From: an uncultured delta proteobacterium
GTDB lineage: Bacteria > Myxococcota_A > UBA9160 > JAFDET01
Direction: 5' to 3'
DNA: 45,680 bases
Assembly: GCA_947260035.1 (NCBI GenBank)
Contig: CAMYOO010000041.1
Coordinates: 1-45,680, forward strand
The translations under genes and the position numbers were made by a program. Shown piece by piece: positions 21,015 to 31,936 of this stretch. Each line of letters starts with the position of its first letter. Position 1 is the stretch's first letter. Under the pieces are notes generated by a model. That model saw only the letters and a list, made by a program, of their open reading frames with translations, did not search any database and was not told the origin of the DNA.

Positions 21015-22273
21015 CAGGACTCCCTCCGAATGTCGGCACCGAGAGAGCGCAGCTTCTCTTCGATGCGTTCGTATCCGCGATCGATGTGGTAGACGCGGTT
21101 CACCGTGGTCGTGCCCTCCGCGGCGAGCCCCGCCACCAGCAGGCAAGCCGATGCCCGCAGGTCGGTGGCCATCACCTGCGCACCCGCCAGCCGCGCCACG
21201 CCGCGCACCAGAGCCGCGCGACCTTGAAGCGAAATGTCGGCACCCATGCGCTGCAGCTCCGGAACGTGCATGAAGCGATTCTCGAATACGTTCTCGGTAA
21301 CCACGCTGGAGCCGTCGGCGGTGCACAGCGCCGCCAGAAGCTGCGCCTGCATGTCCGTGGGGAAGCCGGGGTAGGGCGCGGTGCTGACGTCCACGCCGCG
21401 AAGCGGCTGCCCGGCCCGCGCGCGCACGCGGTCGGCTGCGACCTCCAGCTCGGCGCCGCCCTCGCGCAGCTTCTCCAGCACCGCGTCCAGATGGGTCGGG
21501 TCGGTACCCGTCACGGTCACGTCGCCACGCGTCGCGATGCCCGCCGTGAGAAGCGTTCCGGTCTCGATGCGGTCGCCGCTCACCGTGTGGTGGATGCCGC
21601 GCAGCCTGCGCACGCCGCGCACGCGGATGCAATCGCTGCCGGCGCCCTCCAGGTCCACACCCATGCGCGCCATTGCGTCCGCGAGCTCCAGCACCTCGGG
21701 CTCGCGCGCGGCGTTCTCGATCAGGGTCTCGCCCTGCGCCAGCGCCGCGGCCATCATCACGTTCTGGGTGCCGTTGACGCTCACCACGTCGAAGACCACG
21801 CGGCCGCCCACCAACTGCTCGACGCGGGCTTCCACGGTCCCGTGGTCCAGCGAGATCTTGGCGCCCAGGGCGGCGAAGCCCTTCAGGTGCTGGTCGATCG
21901 GGCGCACGCCGATGGCGCAACCGCCGGGCTCGGAAACCCGGGCCAGGCCGCAGCGGCCCAGCAGCGGGCCCAGCACCATGAACGAGGCGCGCATCTTGCG
22001 CACCAGGTCGTAGGGCGCCTCCGGCTCCACGATTCGCGAGGCGTCGATGCGCAGCGTGTGGGGCTCGTCGGGAAGCCACTCCGCCTGGGCGCCCAACGCG
22101 CACAGAAGCTCCAGCATGGCGTCCACATCGCGCACGCGCGGCGCGTTGGCAAGCCGGGTCTCGCCTTCGGCCAGGAGCGCCGCGGCCATCAATGCCAGGG
22201 TGGCGTTCTTGGAGCCCGACGCCTGCACGGCGCCCTCCAGCCGCGGCCCACCGCGTACGACGATGCGGTCCAT
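21014..22273 (-). CDS. murA: UDP-N-acetylglucosamine 1-carboxyvinyltransferase
   Basis: [36 protein letters not shown]. Confidence 0.97.
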   Translation of the reverse strand: MDRIVVRGGPRLEGAVQASGSKNATLALMAAALLAEGETRLANAPRVRDVDAMLELLCALGAQAEWLPDEPHTLRIDASRIVEPEAPYDLVRKMRASFMVLGPLLGRCGLARVSEPGGCAIGVRPIDQHLKGFAALGAKISLDHGTVEARVEQLVGGRVVFDVVSVNGTQNVMMAAALAQGETLIENAAREPEVLELADAMARMGVDLEGAGSDCIRVRGVRRLRGIHHTVSGDRIETGTLLTAGIATRGDVTVTGTDPTHLDAVLEKLREGGAELEVAADRVRARAGQPLRGVDVSTAPYPGFPTDMQAQLLAALCTADGSSVVTENVFENRFMHVPELQRMGADISLQGRAALVRGVARLAGAQVMATDLRASACLLVAGLAAEGTTTVNRVYHIDRGYERIEEKLRSLGADIRRES

Positions 22274-23145
22274 CTACGCTTCCCCTCCGGCCAGTGCGCT
22301 GACCGCGCGCTCGCGCCCGGCCAGATCGCGGTGCGTGCGCACGTCGCGCCAGCCTGCGTCGCTGCACAGCTGCAGCAGCGCCGGGGCCTGACGTGGATCG
22401 ATCTCCAGGGCCAGCACGCCGCCCGCTTCCAGGTAGTCGGACGCCTCGGCCACCAGGCGCCGCAACACCTCCAGCCCGTCGGCCCCGGCGTAGAGGGCCG
22501 ACTCCGGCTCGTGGCGCAGCTCCGGCGCCAGGCTGTCGGCCTCGCCGCGGCCGATGTAGGGCGGGTTGGAGATGACCAGATCGAAGCGCTCGCCGGCCAG
22601 CGGCTCGAACAAGTCGCCCTCGGCGAACGCGACGCGGTCGGCCAGGCCCAGGCGCTCGGCATTGCGGCCGGCCACCGCCAGGGCGGCGGCCGAGAGGTCC
22701 GTCGCCACCACCCGCGCCTTGGGGCGCTCGGCGGCCAGGGCCAGCGCCACGGCGCCCGACCCGGTTCCCACGTCCAGCACCCGCAGCTCCGCCTCCGTGT
22801 CGGGCAGGCGCTCCAGGGCGGCCGTCACCAGGGTCTCGGTCTCGGGGCGCGGCACCAGGACGTCCTGCGTGACCTCGAAGGACAGCGACCAGAACTCCCG
22901 GCTCCCGGTCAGCAACGCCACGGGAATCCGCTCGTCGGCGCGGCGCTGCACCAGCTCGCGGAAGCGGCCGCGCTCCGTTTCCTCGACCGGCTTCTCGCAG
23001 TCCAGGTAGAGACGCAGCCGGTCGCACTCCAGCGCGTAGGCCAGCAGCACCTCGGCATCCAGACGTGCCGTGTCGATGCCGCGAGACGTGAAGTGGTCCG
23101 TCGTCCAGCGCAGCAGGTCGAGCACCGTCCAGACCCGTTCGGCAC

Positions 23146-23149
<4 letters not shown>
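22274..23149 (-). CDS. prmC: Release factor glutamine methyltransferase
   Basis: [22 protein letters not shown]; follows prfA. Confidence 0.96.
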
Positions 23150-24216
<1,067 letters not shown>

Positions 24217-24471
24217 GCCAAAGCCTCGTCCCCAACGTCCGTATGGGGCGTCTCCGAGGGCTCCAGAATCCAGGGGGTGGTTTCGAGATACGTACGGGGA
24301 GCGGTGCCGCGGACAGTCGGGTGTGGTTCGCCAGGAGGCCTAGGGGCCCCTAACGATGTCCTCGCACCAGATGGTTCTCCATCCACAACACGTCGAATTG
24401 GATAGCCTTTCCGCCCCTGGGCCGCAAACCCCGGGCGGCCTCGAGAGCGCCCGGACAGGGGCCGACGGCCG

Positions 24472-25551
24472 TCAGGCGACGCTTCCGTAGAGGGCCTCCA
24501 GGCGTGCGGCCACATCCTCCCAGCGGAACTGCGCCGCCCGCTCGGCGGCGCGCCGGCTGTGTTCCACCCGGACGTCCGGATCGGCCAGCAGCGCCGCCAG
24601 GCACCCCGCCGATGCCTCCCAGTCGGCCGGGTCCACCAGGGTGCCCCCGCCCGCCACCACCTCGCGGTTCGCGGAGCGATCCGAGGTGATCACCGGGGTG
24701 CCGTAGCTCATGGCCTCCAGCAGCGTGATGCCGAAGCCCTCCTCCCAGGACGGGCAGATGTAGGCCAGGGCCCCCCGGTAGAGCTGCTCCAGCTGCGCCG
24801 GCGAGACCCGACGCTGCCACGTCAGGCGTCCCTGCTCGCGCAGCGTGGGGAAGGACTCCTCCACCGTGCGCTCTCCCTCGAAGCCGGGAATCCCCACCAC
24901 CACCAGGCGCAGTCCCGGCACCGCGGCCACGGCGCGGGTCACGTGCTCGTAGTTCTTGCGGGCTTCGATTCGCGCCACGATCAGAGCGTAGGGTCCCGCC
25001 GGACCCTCCTCGGCGCCCTGATCGGGAACGGGCGAGGGATCCCCCTCCAGGCTGCGCGGCCAGCCGTAGCCGGTGACGGCGATGCGGTCGGCCTCGATCC
25101 CCAGCTCGGAGACCATCTCGTCCCGGAGCGTCTCGGTCAGGACGGTATAGAGGTCCGCGCGCTCCAGGACGCGCCGCAGCTTGTCGGCGCGCCCCTCCTG
25201 GAAGGCCGAAGACTGGTACGGGTTGGGCCGCAGCGTCCAGACGTCGTGGACGTGCAGGATGCGGGTGCGAAAGGGCAGGGAGGGCAGCTTGTGGTAGCTG
25301 CTGTGCAGGATCCTCCCGCGCAACGGGAGGTCCAGGGACAGGTAGGGGTGGTAGGCGCGCAGCGGGGTGCAGCCCAAGGCTCGCAGCGCCTCCAGGTTCT
25401 GCGCCGGCGGCCCGGCGCCGCGGCGGTAGAGGAAGACCGGATCCACGTCGCGGCCGTAGCGCTTCAGCGCCAGGAAGTAGTGGGTGCCGACGTTGCCCAC
25501 GCCGTGGTTCAGCGAGAGCGCGCTGCGCGTGTTGTCGAGGTAGACCCTCAC
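24472..25551 (-). CDS. Glycosyltransferase family 4
   Basis: HVHDV, ARIEARKN, PSWEEGFGITLLEAM, F.WE; GTG start inferred. Confidence 0.9.
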   Translation of the reverse strand: MRVYLDNTRSALSLNHGVGNVGTHYFLALKRYGRDVDPVFLYRRGAGPPAQNLEALRALGCTPLRAYHPYLSLDLPLRGRILHSSYHKLPSLPFRTRILHVHDVWTLRPNPYQSSAFQEGRADKLRRVLERADLYTVLTETLRDEMVSELGIEADRIAVTGYGWPRSLEGDPSPVPDQGAEEGPAGPYALIVARIEARKNYEHVTRAVAAVPGLRLVVVGIPGFEGERTVEESFPTLREQGRLTWQRRVSPAQLEQLYRGALAYICPSWEEGFGITLLEAMSYGTPVITSDRSANREVVAGGGTLVDPADWEASAGCLAALLADPDVRVEHSRRAAERAAQFRWEDVAARLEALYGSVA

Positions 25552-25596
25552 GGCCCGCGAGGGTACCCCGGCATTCCGGTGCAGCCCGCGGCGCCG

Positions 25597-25650
25597 GTGA
25601 CCCCAGTGACCCCGTTGACCCCGTTGACCCCGTTGACCCCGTTGACCCGG
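25597..25650. repeat. Tandem repeat, six copies of 9 bp (consensus TTGACCCCG)
   Basis: gtgacccca gtgaccccg ttgaccccg ttgaccccg ttgaccccg ttgacccgg in a divergent intergenic region. Confidence 0.95.
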
Positions 25651-25675
25651 CAGGCCGGTGCTAGCCTGCACGGGC

Positions 25676-26443
25676 ATGGCCGACCCCCGCTACTCGGAGC
25701 TGCTCGACTCGATCGAGGCCACCCAGCACAGCCGCTCGGGCAGCTTCGAGGAGGCGCTGGCCATCGCCGATCCGCTGGCCCGCGGCCGCGCGCTGGACGT
25801 TCCCTGCGGCCCCGGCCGCATGGCCGAGGCGCTGGGCCAGCTGGGATTCCGCGCCTTCGGGGCGGACCTGGACAGCGAGGGCTACGGCGGCTCGACGCCG
25901 TTCTGCACCCTGGACCTGAACCGGCCGCTCCCCTACGCCGACGCCAGCTTCGGCTTCGTCTATTGCGGCGACGGCATCGAGCACCTGGAGAACCCGTTCC
26001 TGCTGCTGCGCGAGCTGGCGCGGGTCGTGGAGAGCGACGGGGTCCTGGTGATCGTCACCCCCAACTACCTGAACATCGAGCGGCGCCTGCAGTTCCTGCT
26101 CACCGGCTCCCTGGCCAAGCCTCCCCGGCGCGCCCCCAACTACTACGAGGGCTCGCCTTTTGATCGCGGCCATATCAACCCACTCACCCTGACGCGCCTG
26201 GCCTACATGGCCGAGAACGCCGGCCTCGAGCTGGTGGAAGCGCGCACGCTGCTGCCGCGCAAGGGCCAGCGCTGGCTGGCGCCGCTGGCGCTGCTGGTGC
26301 GCGCGCTGTCTGCGCTGTCGAAGCCCAAGCGAAAGCGCGACCTCTTCGCCGAGCACACCCAGAGCTGGCGCATGCTCATGGGTGGCAAGCAACTCCTCGC
26401 GGTGTTCCGCCGCGCGCGGAAGCCGCTCGTCCCGTCGGCCTGA
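25676..26443 (+). CDS. Class I SAM-dependent methyltransferase
   Basis: ALDVPCGPG, DLNRPLPYADASF, IEHLENP, IVTPN, GHINP. Confidence 0.9.
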   Translation: MADPRYSELLDSIEATQHSRSGSFEEALAIADPLARGRALDVPCGPGRMAEALGQLGFRAFGADLDSEGYGGSTPFCTLDLNRPLPYADASFGFVYCGDGIEHLENPFLLLRELARVVESDGVLVIVTPNYLNIERRLQFLLTGSLAKPPRRAPNYYEGSPFDRGHINPLTLTRLAYMAENAGLELVEARTLLPRKGQRWLAPLALLVRALSALSKPKRKRDLFAEHTQSWRMLMGGKQLLAVFRRARKPLVPSA

Positions 26444-26479
26444 CCCCTCCGCGAGCGAAGCCGGAGCCTCTGACCGGCG

Positions 26480-26556
26480 CGTGCATCCGCGCGGGCGTCC
26501 CTCGGGGCGCCCCCGCGAATGCACGGCAACTAAAGGGACTGTCCCTTTAGTTGCCG
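26480..26556. terminator. Two adjacent hairpins between convergent genes (bidirectional terminator or REP-like)
   Basis: Perfect 16-bp inverted repeat CGGCAACTAAAGGGAC-t-GTCCCTTTAGTTGCCG (26524-26556) plus imperfect stem 26480-26525. Confidence 0.65.
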
Positions 26557-26559
26557 GGG

Positions 26560-27993
26560 TCAGGAGTTCATGGAGGCGAGGAACTCTTCGTTGGAGTCCG
26601 TGGCCTTGACCTTCTCCAGCAGGAACTCCATGGAGTCCACCGGGGAGAGCGGCGACAGCACCTTGCGCAGCAGATACATGCGGCTCAGCGTCTCTTCGCT
26701 GAGCAGCAGCTCCTCGCGCCGGGTCGCCGAGCGGTTGATGTCGATGGCCGGGTAGGTGCGCCGGTCGGCCAGCTTGCGGTCCAGGACCAGCTCGCTGTTG
26801 CCGGTGCCCTTGAACTCCTCGAAGATCACCTCGTCCATCCGCGAGCCCGTGTCGATCAGCGCCGTGCCCACGATGGTGAGGCTGCCGCCTTCCTCCACGT
26901 TGCGCGCCGCGCCGAAGAAGCGCTTGGGCTTGTGCAGGGCGTTGGAATCCACGCCTCCCGAGAGGATCTTGCCGGAGTGCGGCACCACGGTGTTGTGGGC
27001 CCGCGCCAGGCGCGTGATCGAGTCCAGCAGGATCACCACGTCGCGCTTGTGCTCGGTCAGGCGTTTGGCCTTCTCGATCACCATGTCGGCGACCTGCACG
27101 TGGCGGGTGGCGGGCTCGTCGAAGGTGGAGGAGATCACCTCGGCCTTCACGTTGCGCTGCATGTCGGTCACCTCCTCGGGCCGCTCGTCGATCAGCAGCA
27201 CGATGAGGTACGCCTCGGGCTGGTTCTCCGCGATGGCGTTGGCGATGTCCTTGAGGATCATCGTCTTGCCGGCCTTGGGCGGCGAGGTGATCAGCGCGCG
27301 CTGCCCCTTCCCGATGGGCGCGATGAGGTCGATGATGCGGGTGGTGAGCCCCCCGGTCTTCGCCTCCAGGTTGAACTTCTCCAGCGGGTAGAGGGGCGTC
27401 AGGTTGTCGAAGAGGATCTTGTGCCGAGCCGCCTCGGGCTTCTCGAAGTTGATGCTCTCGACCTTGAGCAGGGCGAAGTAGCGCTCTGTCTCCTTGGGCG
27501 GCCGGATCTGGCCCTTGATGGTGTCGCCCGTGCGCAGGCCGAAGCGGCGAATCTGCGACGGCGAGACGTAGATGTCGTCTGGGCCGGGCAGGTAGTTCTG
27601 ATCGGGGGCGCGCAGGAAGCCGAAGCCGTCGGGCAGCGTCTCCAGGCAGCCCTCCGCGAAGATCTTCTCGTCCGCGTCGGTCTTCGCCTTCAGGATCGCG
27701 AAGATCAGATCCTGCTTGCGGAGCCCTGCGGCGTTTTCGACGTTGAGCCCCTCGGCGAGCCCGGCCAGCTGCTCCATGGGCTTGTGCTTGAGGTCGGTGA
27801 CGTACATGCGCTCGCCGCCGTCGTCGTCGTCCTCGGTGTAGATCATGTCCGTGTTGTCGTACTCCTCGTCCAGGGGCGAGAAGTCCTGATCCATTCCGCT
27901 CATCCGGGGCGCGCGGTTTCCGCGCGATCCGTTGCCGCGCGGGCGGCGGCCCTTGCCGCGCGGTCGCCCTGAAGTTCGATTGCCTTGGGACAC
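26560..27993 (-). CDS. rho: Transcription termination factor Rho
   Basis: [47 protein letters not shown]; GTG start with GAGG SD. Confidence 0.97.
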   Translation of the reverse strand: MSQGNRTSGRPRGKGRRPRGNGSRGNRAPRMSGMDQDFSPLDEEYDNTDMIYTEDDDDGGERMYVTDLKHKPMEQLAGLAEGLNVENAAGLRKQDLIFAILKAKTDADEKIFAEGCLETLPDGFGFLRAPDQNYLPGPDDIYVSPSQIRRFGLRTGDTIKGQIRPPKETERYFALLKVESINFEKPEAARHKILFDNLTPLYPLEKFNLEAKTGGLTTRIIDLIAPIGKGQRALITSPPKAGKTMILKDIANAIAENQPEAYLIVLLIDERPEEVTDMQRNVKAEVISSTFDEPATRHVQVADMVIEKAKRLTEHKRDVVILLDSITRLARAHNTVVPHSGKILSGGVDSNALHKPKRFFGAARNVEEGGSLTIVGTALIDTGSRMDEVIFEEFKGTGNSELVLDRKLADRRTYPAIDINRSATRREELLLSEETLSRMYLLRKVLSPLSPVDSMEFLLEKVKATDSNEEFLASMNS

Positions 27994-28266
27994 GGTGACC
28001 TCTTGGATAGTGACGGGGGTTGGGTTGGAGTTCCCGGGACTCGGAGAGCGTGGAGGAGTTCCGAGACCGGCGGTCCGCCCGGTGGCGGTCCTTGCCCTCG
28101 ATCGGGGCAGGGGATGGCTGGTGTGGCTTAGCTTCTCGTTCGGAAATTCAGCCCTTGAAGTTGAGTGGTTTGAGTGCCTGCGGGTCTGGTCCCGCACTCG
28201 ACCTGTGCCTGGAGAATTCGCTCTGTGTTCTTCAAGAGAACGCGGTCGATCGACCGCTCGAAAAAA

Positions 28267-28295
28267 ACCCTACGCCGGGCCCTGAGGGCTGTCAA
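28267..28295 (-). promoter_or_regulatory. rho promoter TTGACA-N17-TAGGGT
   Basis: Consensus -35 with exact 17-nt spacing; implies a leader of about 270 nt. Confidence 0.75.
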
Positions 28296-28924
28296 GGGCG
28301 GCCTCCGGGCGGTTCGCAGCGCGAACGAAGTGCAGCAAACGACCCGCGCGCGCGCCGTCGCGCCGGTACGAATGGAAACGGACGGCATCGCAGCGGGTGC
28401 AGTCCGCCGCCGCCATGCCGATCGCGTGCGGAGGAAGGCCCGCGGACTCCAGTGCCCGGCGCGCCAGCGCTCCCAGGTCTACGCGCCCTTGATCGGGGCC
28501 GGTGGGAACCAGCGCAGCTTCCAGATCGGTGCCGAAGCGCTGCCGCAGCGGAACCAGCACGGGCGCGTCCACCTCGTAGCAGCACGGTCCCACGTGGTGC
28601 ATCCAGGCCGGCGCCGATAACCCCGAGGGCAAGCCCCTTCCAGCCGGCGTGCACGGCCGCCACACGCAGCGCGCCGCGCACTCCCATGAGTATGGGGACG
28701 CAGTCGGCCGTCAGCACGCCCACGGCGCGCCCCGGCGCGTCGGTCCAGACGGCATCCGCCTCGGCGGGTTGCACCACACCCCGCGCATCCGCCCGGGCCA
28801 CGGCGATGCCGTGCACCTGACGCGGCCGCGACAGCCCCGCCGGCTCGGAGCTTCCGCGCAGGCCGAAGCCGTGCTCCACGCCCCATTCCATGAGCAGCGG
28901 ATCGCTGAGGAAGCCCGCGCTCAC
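28270..28924 (-). pseudogene. pgeF: PgeF/YfiH peptidoglycan editing factor with deletion and frameshift near 28597
   Basis: QVHG, TADCVP, HAGWKG in one frame; GPCCYEV, CT, SYRRDG in another; follows rluD. Confidence 0.85.
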
Positions 28925-29841
28925 CGCGCTTCGATCTCGGCCAGGCGGCGCAGCGCATCCGCCAGATCAGCAGGCTCGGGCGCCTCGAAGCGCAGCGCTT
29001 CATCCGTCCGCGGATGCCGAAAGCCGAGCACGGCTGCGTGCAGGGCCGGGCGCTCGAGCAGCCGGGTGGGGTTGCGACGCCCGTAGACCGGGTCGCCGAC
29101 GATCGGCACCCCGGCGGATGCCAGGTGAACGCGGATCTGATGGGTGCGTCCCGTCTCCGGCCGGATCTCCAGCCAGCTCAAACCGCTGCGCGCGAAGCGC
29201 TCCAGCACGCGCCAGGCGGTGATCGCCTCCCGGCCCACGGGACTGGCCACGGACATGCGTTTGCGATCGCGCCGATGGCGGCCCACGGGCCGGTCGATGC
29301 GCCCTGCGTCGCGGCCGGGCAGGCCGCGGACCAGCGCCCGATAGATCCGCTCGATGCTGTGGTCGCGAAACTGCTCCGCCAGGCCGCGGTGGGCGGCGTC
29401 GTTCTTGGCGGCCACCAACACCCCGCTGGTTCCCCGGTCCAGGCGGTGCACGATACCCGGCCGCAGCACGCCGCCCACGCCGGCCAGGTCGCCGCAGTGG
29501 TGAAGCAGCGCGTTGACCAGCGTTCCGTCGGGGTGACCGGGCGCCGGGTGCACCACCAGCCCGGCGGGCTTGTCCACCACGATCAGGTCCGCGTCCTCGT
29601 AGAGGACCTTCAGCGGGATCGGCTGGGGCTCCAGTGCGCAGCCCACGGGATCCGGCGGCTCGGCCTGCAGCACGTCGCCGGAGCGCACACGGCGTGAGGC
29701 GCGCGCCGGCTCGTCGTTGACGCGAACGTGGCCAGCGTCGATCCAGCGCCGCACCTGGGCGCGGGGCTGGCCGGCGGCATCGGCCAGGGCGAGATCGAGA
29801 CGGCGCCCCGCCTCCTCTTCGCCCACCACGAAGGTCACCAT
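28921..29841 (-). CDS. rluD: RluA/RluD family pseudouridine synthase with S4 domain
   Basis: RLD S4 start, DKPAGLVVHP, VHRLDRGTSG, TGRTHQIRVH, GDPVY. Confidence 0.95.
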   Translation of the reverse strand: MVTFVVGEEEAGRRLDLALADAAGQPRAQVRRWIDAGHVRVNDEPARASRRVRSGDVLQAEPPDPVGCALEPQPIPLKVLYEDADLIVVDKPAGLVVHPAPGHPDGTLVNALLHHCGDLAGVGGVLRPGIVHRLDRGTSGVLVAAKNDAAHRGLAEQFRDHSIERIYRALVRGLPGRDAGRIDRPVGRHRRDRKRMSVASPVGREAITAWRVLERFARSGLSWLEIRPETGRTHQIRVHLASAGVPIVGDPVYGRRNPTRLLERPALHAAVLGFRHPRTDEALRFEAPEPADLADALRRLAEIEAR

Positions 29842-30101
29842 ATCCGCGCGCGAACACTCCGGCTGCCGCAGACCAGGACGTCTACGATCGCGCGGTCGAC
29901 GAAGTTCTCCTTGTGCAGCAGCTCCGGATCGACGCGACTCTCGAAGTAGGCCCGGGCCTCTTCGAAGTGCCCCCCCATGCGCTCGAAGAGGTCGTCCTGC
30001 TCCAGACCCTGGCGGACGGCGTCGCGGTTGTAGAGCAGCACGTCCGACAGGATCGCGCGGGCCAGCCGGCGCGCACGCGCGGCATCGGCGATGCGGGCCA
30101 C
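29835..30101 (-). CDS. romX: RomX-like protein (partner of RomR in the MglA GEF complex)
   Basis: 88 aa; RLARAILSDVLLYN, GLEQDDLFE, SRV, NFVDRAI, terminal IW match Myxococcus RomX as recalled; same J-domain/rluD context. Confidence 0.75.
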   Translation of the reverse strand: MARIADAARARRLARAILSDVLLYNRDAVRQGLEQDDLFERMGGHFEEARAYFESRVDPELLHKENFVDRAIVDVLVCGSRSVRARIW

Positions 30102-30269
30102 CTAGCAGCCCGACCCAGGATGGAATGCGCCCGCCCGGGCGTCGGGACGCCGCGCCGGCAAGGCGCGCGACCGAGCCATGTCCGTCGCAACGGCGCAAGC
30201 AGCGCAATGCAGCCAGCGCGGATGGATCGGCGTCCGGGGAGTGTGCTCCATCTTGGGTCGGGCTCCTAG
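30102..30269. mobile_element. MITE-like element with 18-bp terminal inverted repeats flanked by CTAG
   Basis: AGCCCGACCCAGGATGGA (30107-30124) / TCCATCTTGGGTCGGGCT (30247-30264), 1 mismatch; nested inner IRs; core shared with 6434-6542. Confidence 0.65.
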
Positions 30270-30934
30270 TGGCGGCCTCCGCGGCTCCCCTCGCCCCGGT
30301 GCTGCTGCAGACGCTCCACGTAGGAGAGCGACGCTCCCGGCGCGTCGAGACCCAGGCAGCGGGCGTAGGCGCTGACGAAGCCGCGCACGTAGACCGTTGC
30401 CGGGAGATCGTCGAAGCGCTCGTCCTCGATGAAGTGGATGTAGGTCGGGTTGACCTTGGTCAACTCGGCGATCTGATCGATCTCGACCCCGCGCAGCAGC
30501 CGCGCACGGCGCAGCCGTGCGCCGTCGTACATGGTGCCATCGCCCTCGTCGTCCACGTCCTCGAAGCCGGAGATGCTGGGCATCACCTCGGCCTTCGAAT
30601 GCGGCGGCACTTCGGAGACCAGGGCCGGCATCAGCTCCGCCTGCTCCAGCGGATCGGGGAAGGGCTCAGGGTCTCGCCAGGCCGAGTCGTCCTCTCCGCC
30701 CAACCCGGCGTCGTAGCGCTGGCGCGCGGTGGGGTCGGAAAGAATCTCGTAGGCCAGATCCACGCGCTCGCGGGTGGCTCGGGAATCCTTCTCCGACAGG
30801 AGGGAGTAGACGGCTATGGAGTCGTCGCCGTAGGTGGCCAGAGCCATCCGATAGGCGCGCTCGATTTCTTCAGGCGCAGCATCCGTCGAAATCTCGAGAA
30901 TCTCGTAGTGGCTCTGATCCGAGAACGGCTTCAC
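30266..30934 (-). CDS. J-domain-like plus RodZ-type HTH protein
   Basis: HYEILEI..AAPEEIERAY, AYEILSDP..RQRYD; C-terminal LRRARLLRG...LPATVYVRGFVSAYA; no HPD motif. Confidence 0.8.
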   Translation of the reverse strand: MKPFSDQSHYEILEISTDAAPEEIERAYRMALATYGDDSIAVYSLLSEKDSRATRERVDLAYEILSDPTARQRYDAGLGGEDDSAWRDPEPFPDPLEQAELMPALVSEVPPHSKAEVMPSISGFEDVDDEGDGTMYDGARLRRARLLRGVEIDQIAELTKVNPTYIHFIEDERFDDLPATVYVRGFVSAYARCLGLDAPGASLSYVERLQQHRGEGSRGGRH

Positions 30935-31911
30935 GCTTCCTCCACGGCAGCGGGTCCCAGCGACTGGATCACCTTGCGCGCGATGCGGCGCAGGTAGACC
31001 GCCGCATCGCAGTTGGGATGCACGTCTACCAGCGGCCGGCGAGCCACCACCGACTCGCGGACCCCGGCATCGTGGTTCACGTAACCCAGATACTCGGCCT
31101 CGAGCCCGAAGTAGCTGCGGCACACGCTGCGCACCGAGAACCCCAGCTTGATCTCGTCCGCCGTGCGGACGTCGTTGATCAGCAGGCGCGGCCGGAAGCG
31201 GCGCAGGGTCTCCGCGAAGCGCCCTCCCTCGCTGGGATCCAGCTGCTCGATTTCGCGCAGCAGGTCCGCCGGGGTGCGGATGCCGCGCTCGTTGCTCTGA
31301 TCCATGGCCTGGGTCACCAGGGCCCGCACCGAGTGGGTCAGCATGGAGAGCCGCATGCGCCGGTAGAAGGCGGCCCGCAGGAACGAGTAGGCATTCTCCA
31401 TGGATGTGGGCTCCGGGCAGAACACCACGATCCCGTCGTCGCCGACCAGGAAGTAGTCCATCACCGCGGGATGGGTGCCCGCCCCCAGGTCGATCAGCAC
31501 CAGGTCCACCGGGAGCTGACGCAGGCGCGAGAGCAGCCGCACCCGCTGGAAGTGGCCGGGCTGGGCCGCCGCCAGGTTGGCGTGGGTGGCCGCGATCAGC
31601 CGCAGGTTCGGCACCCCCGTCTCCACCATGAGCTTAGTCAGCTCTTCTTCCCGGTTGGCCACGAAGTCGGCCAGCGAGAGAGGCGGCGGGGGCACACCGA
31701 AGCAGGTGTGGGTGTTGGCGCCCTCCAGGTCGCCGTCCACCACCACCACGTCGAATCCCTCGCGGGCGATAGCCGCAGCGAGGTTGACGGTGACGAAGGT
31801 CTTGCCCACGCCCCCTTTTCCGCCACCCACGGCGATCATACGAGCGGTGTCCGGCGCAGCGCCGGTCGCTCGGCTCGCCGTGCCGGCGCTGCCTGCACTC
31901 GTATCGATCAC
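30931..31911 (-). CDS. MinD/FlhG family ATPase
   Basis: Deviant Walker A GGKGGVGKT, DGDLEGAN, LIDLGAG, PEPTSMENAY. Confidence 0.9.
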   Translation of the reverse strand: MIDTSAGSAGTASRATGAAPDTARMIAVGGGKGGVGKTFVTVNLAAAIAREGFDVVVVDGDLEGANTHTCFGVPPPPLSLADFVANREEELTKLMVETGVPNLRLIAATHANLAAAQPGHFQRVRLLSRLRQLPVDLVLIDLGAGTHPAVMDYFLVGDDGIVVFCPEPTSMENAYSFLRAAFYRRMRLSMLTHSVRALVTQAMDQSNERGIRTPADLLREIEQLDPSEGGRFAETLRRFRPRLLINDVRTADEIKLGFSVRSVCRSYFGLEAEYLGYVNHDAGVRESVVARRPLVDVHPNCDAAVYLRRIARKVIQSLGPAAVEEA

Positions 31912-31936
31912 GGAACCCCCTACCGTGATGCGACGT

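Noticed and set aside
25597-25650. Possible CRISPR array (also considered for the 30-bp repeat)
   Set aside because: No spacers, the 30-bp copies are dispersed or inverted, and no cas genes are present
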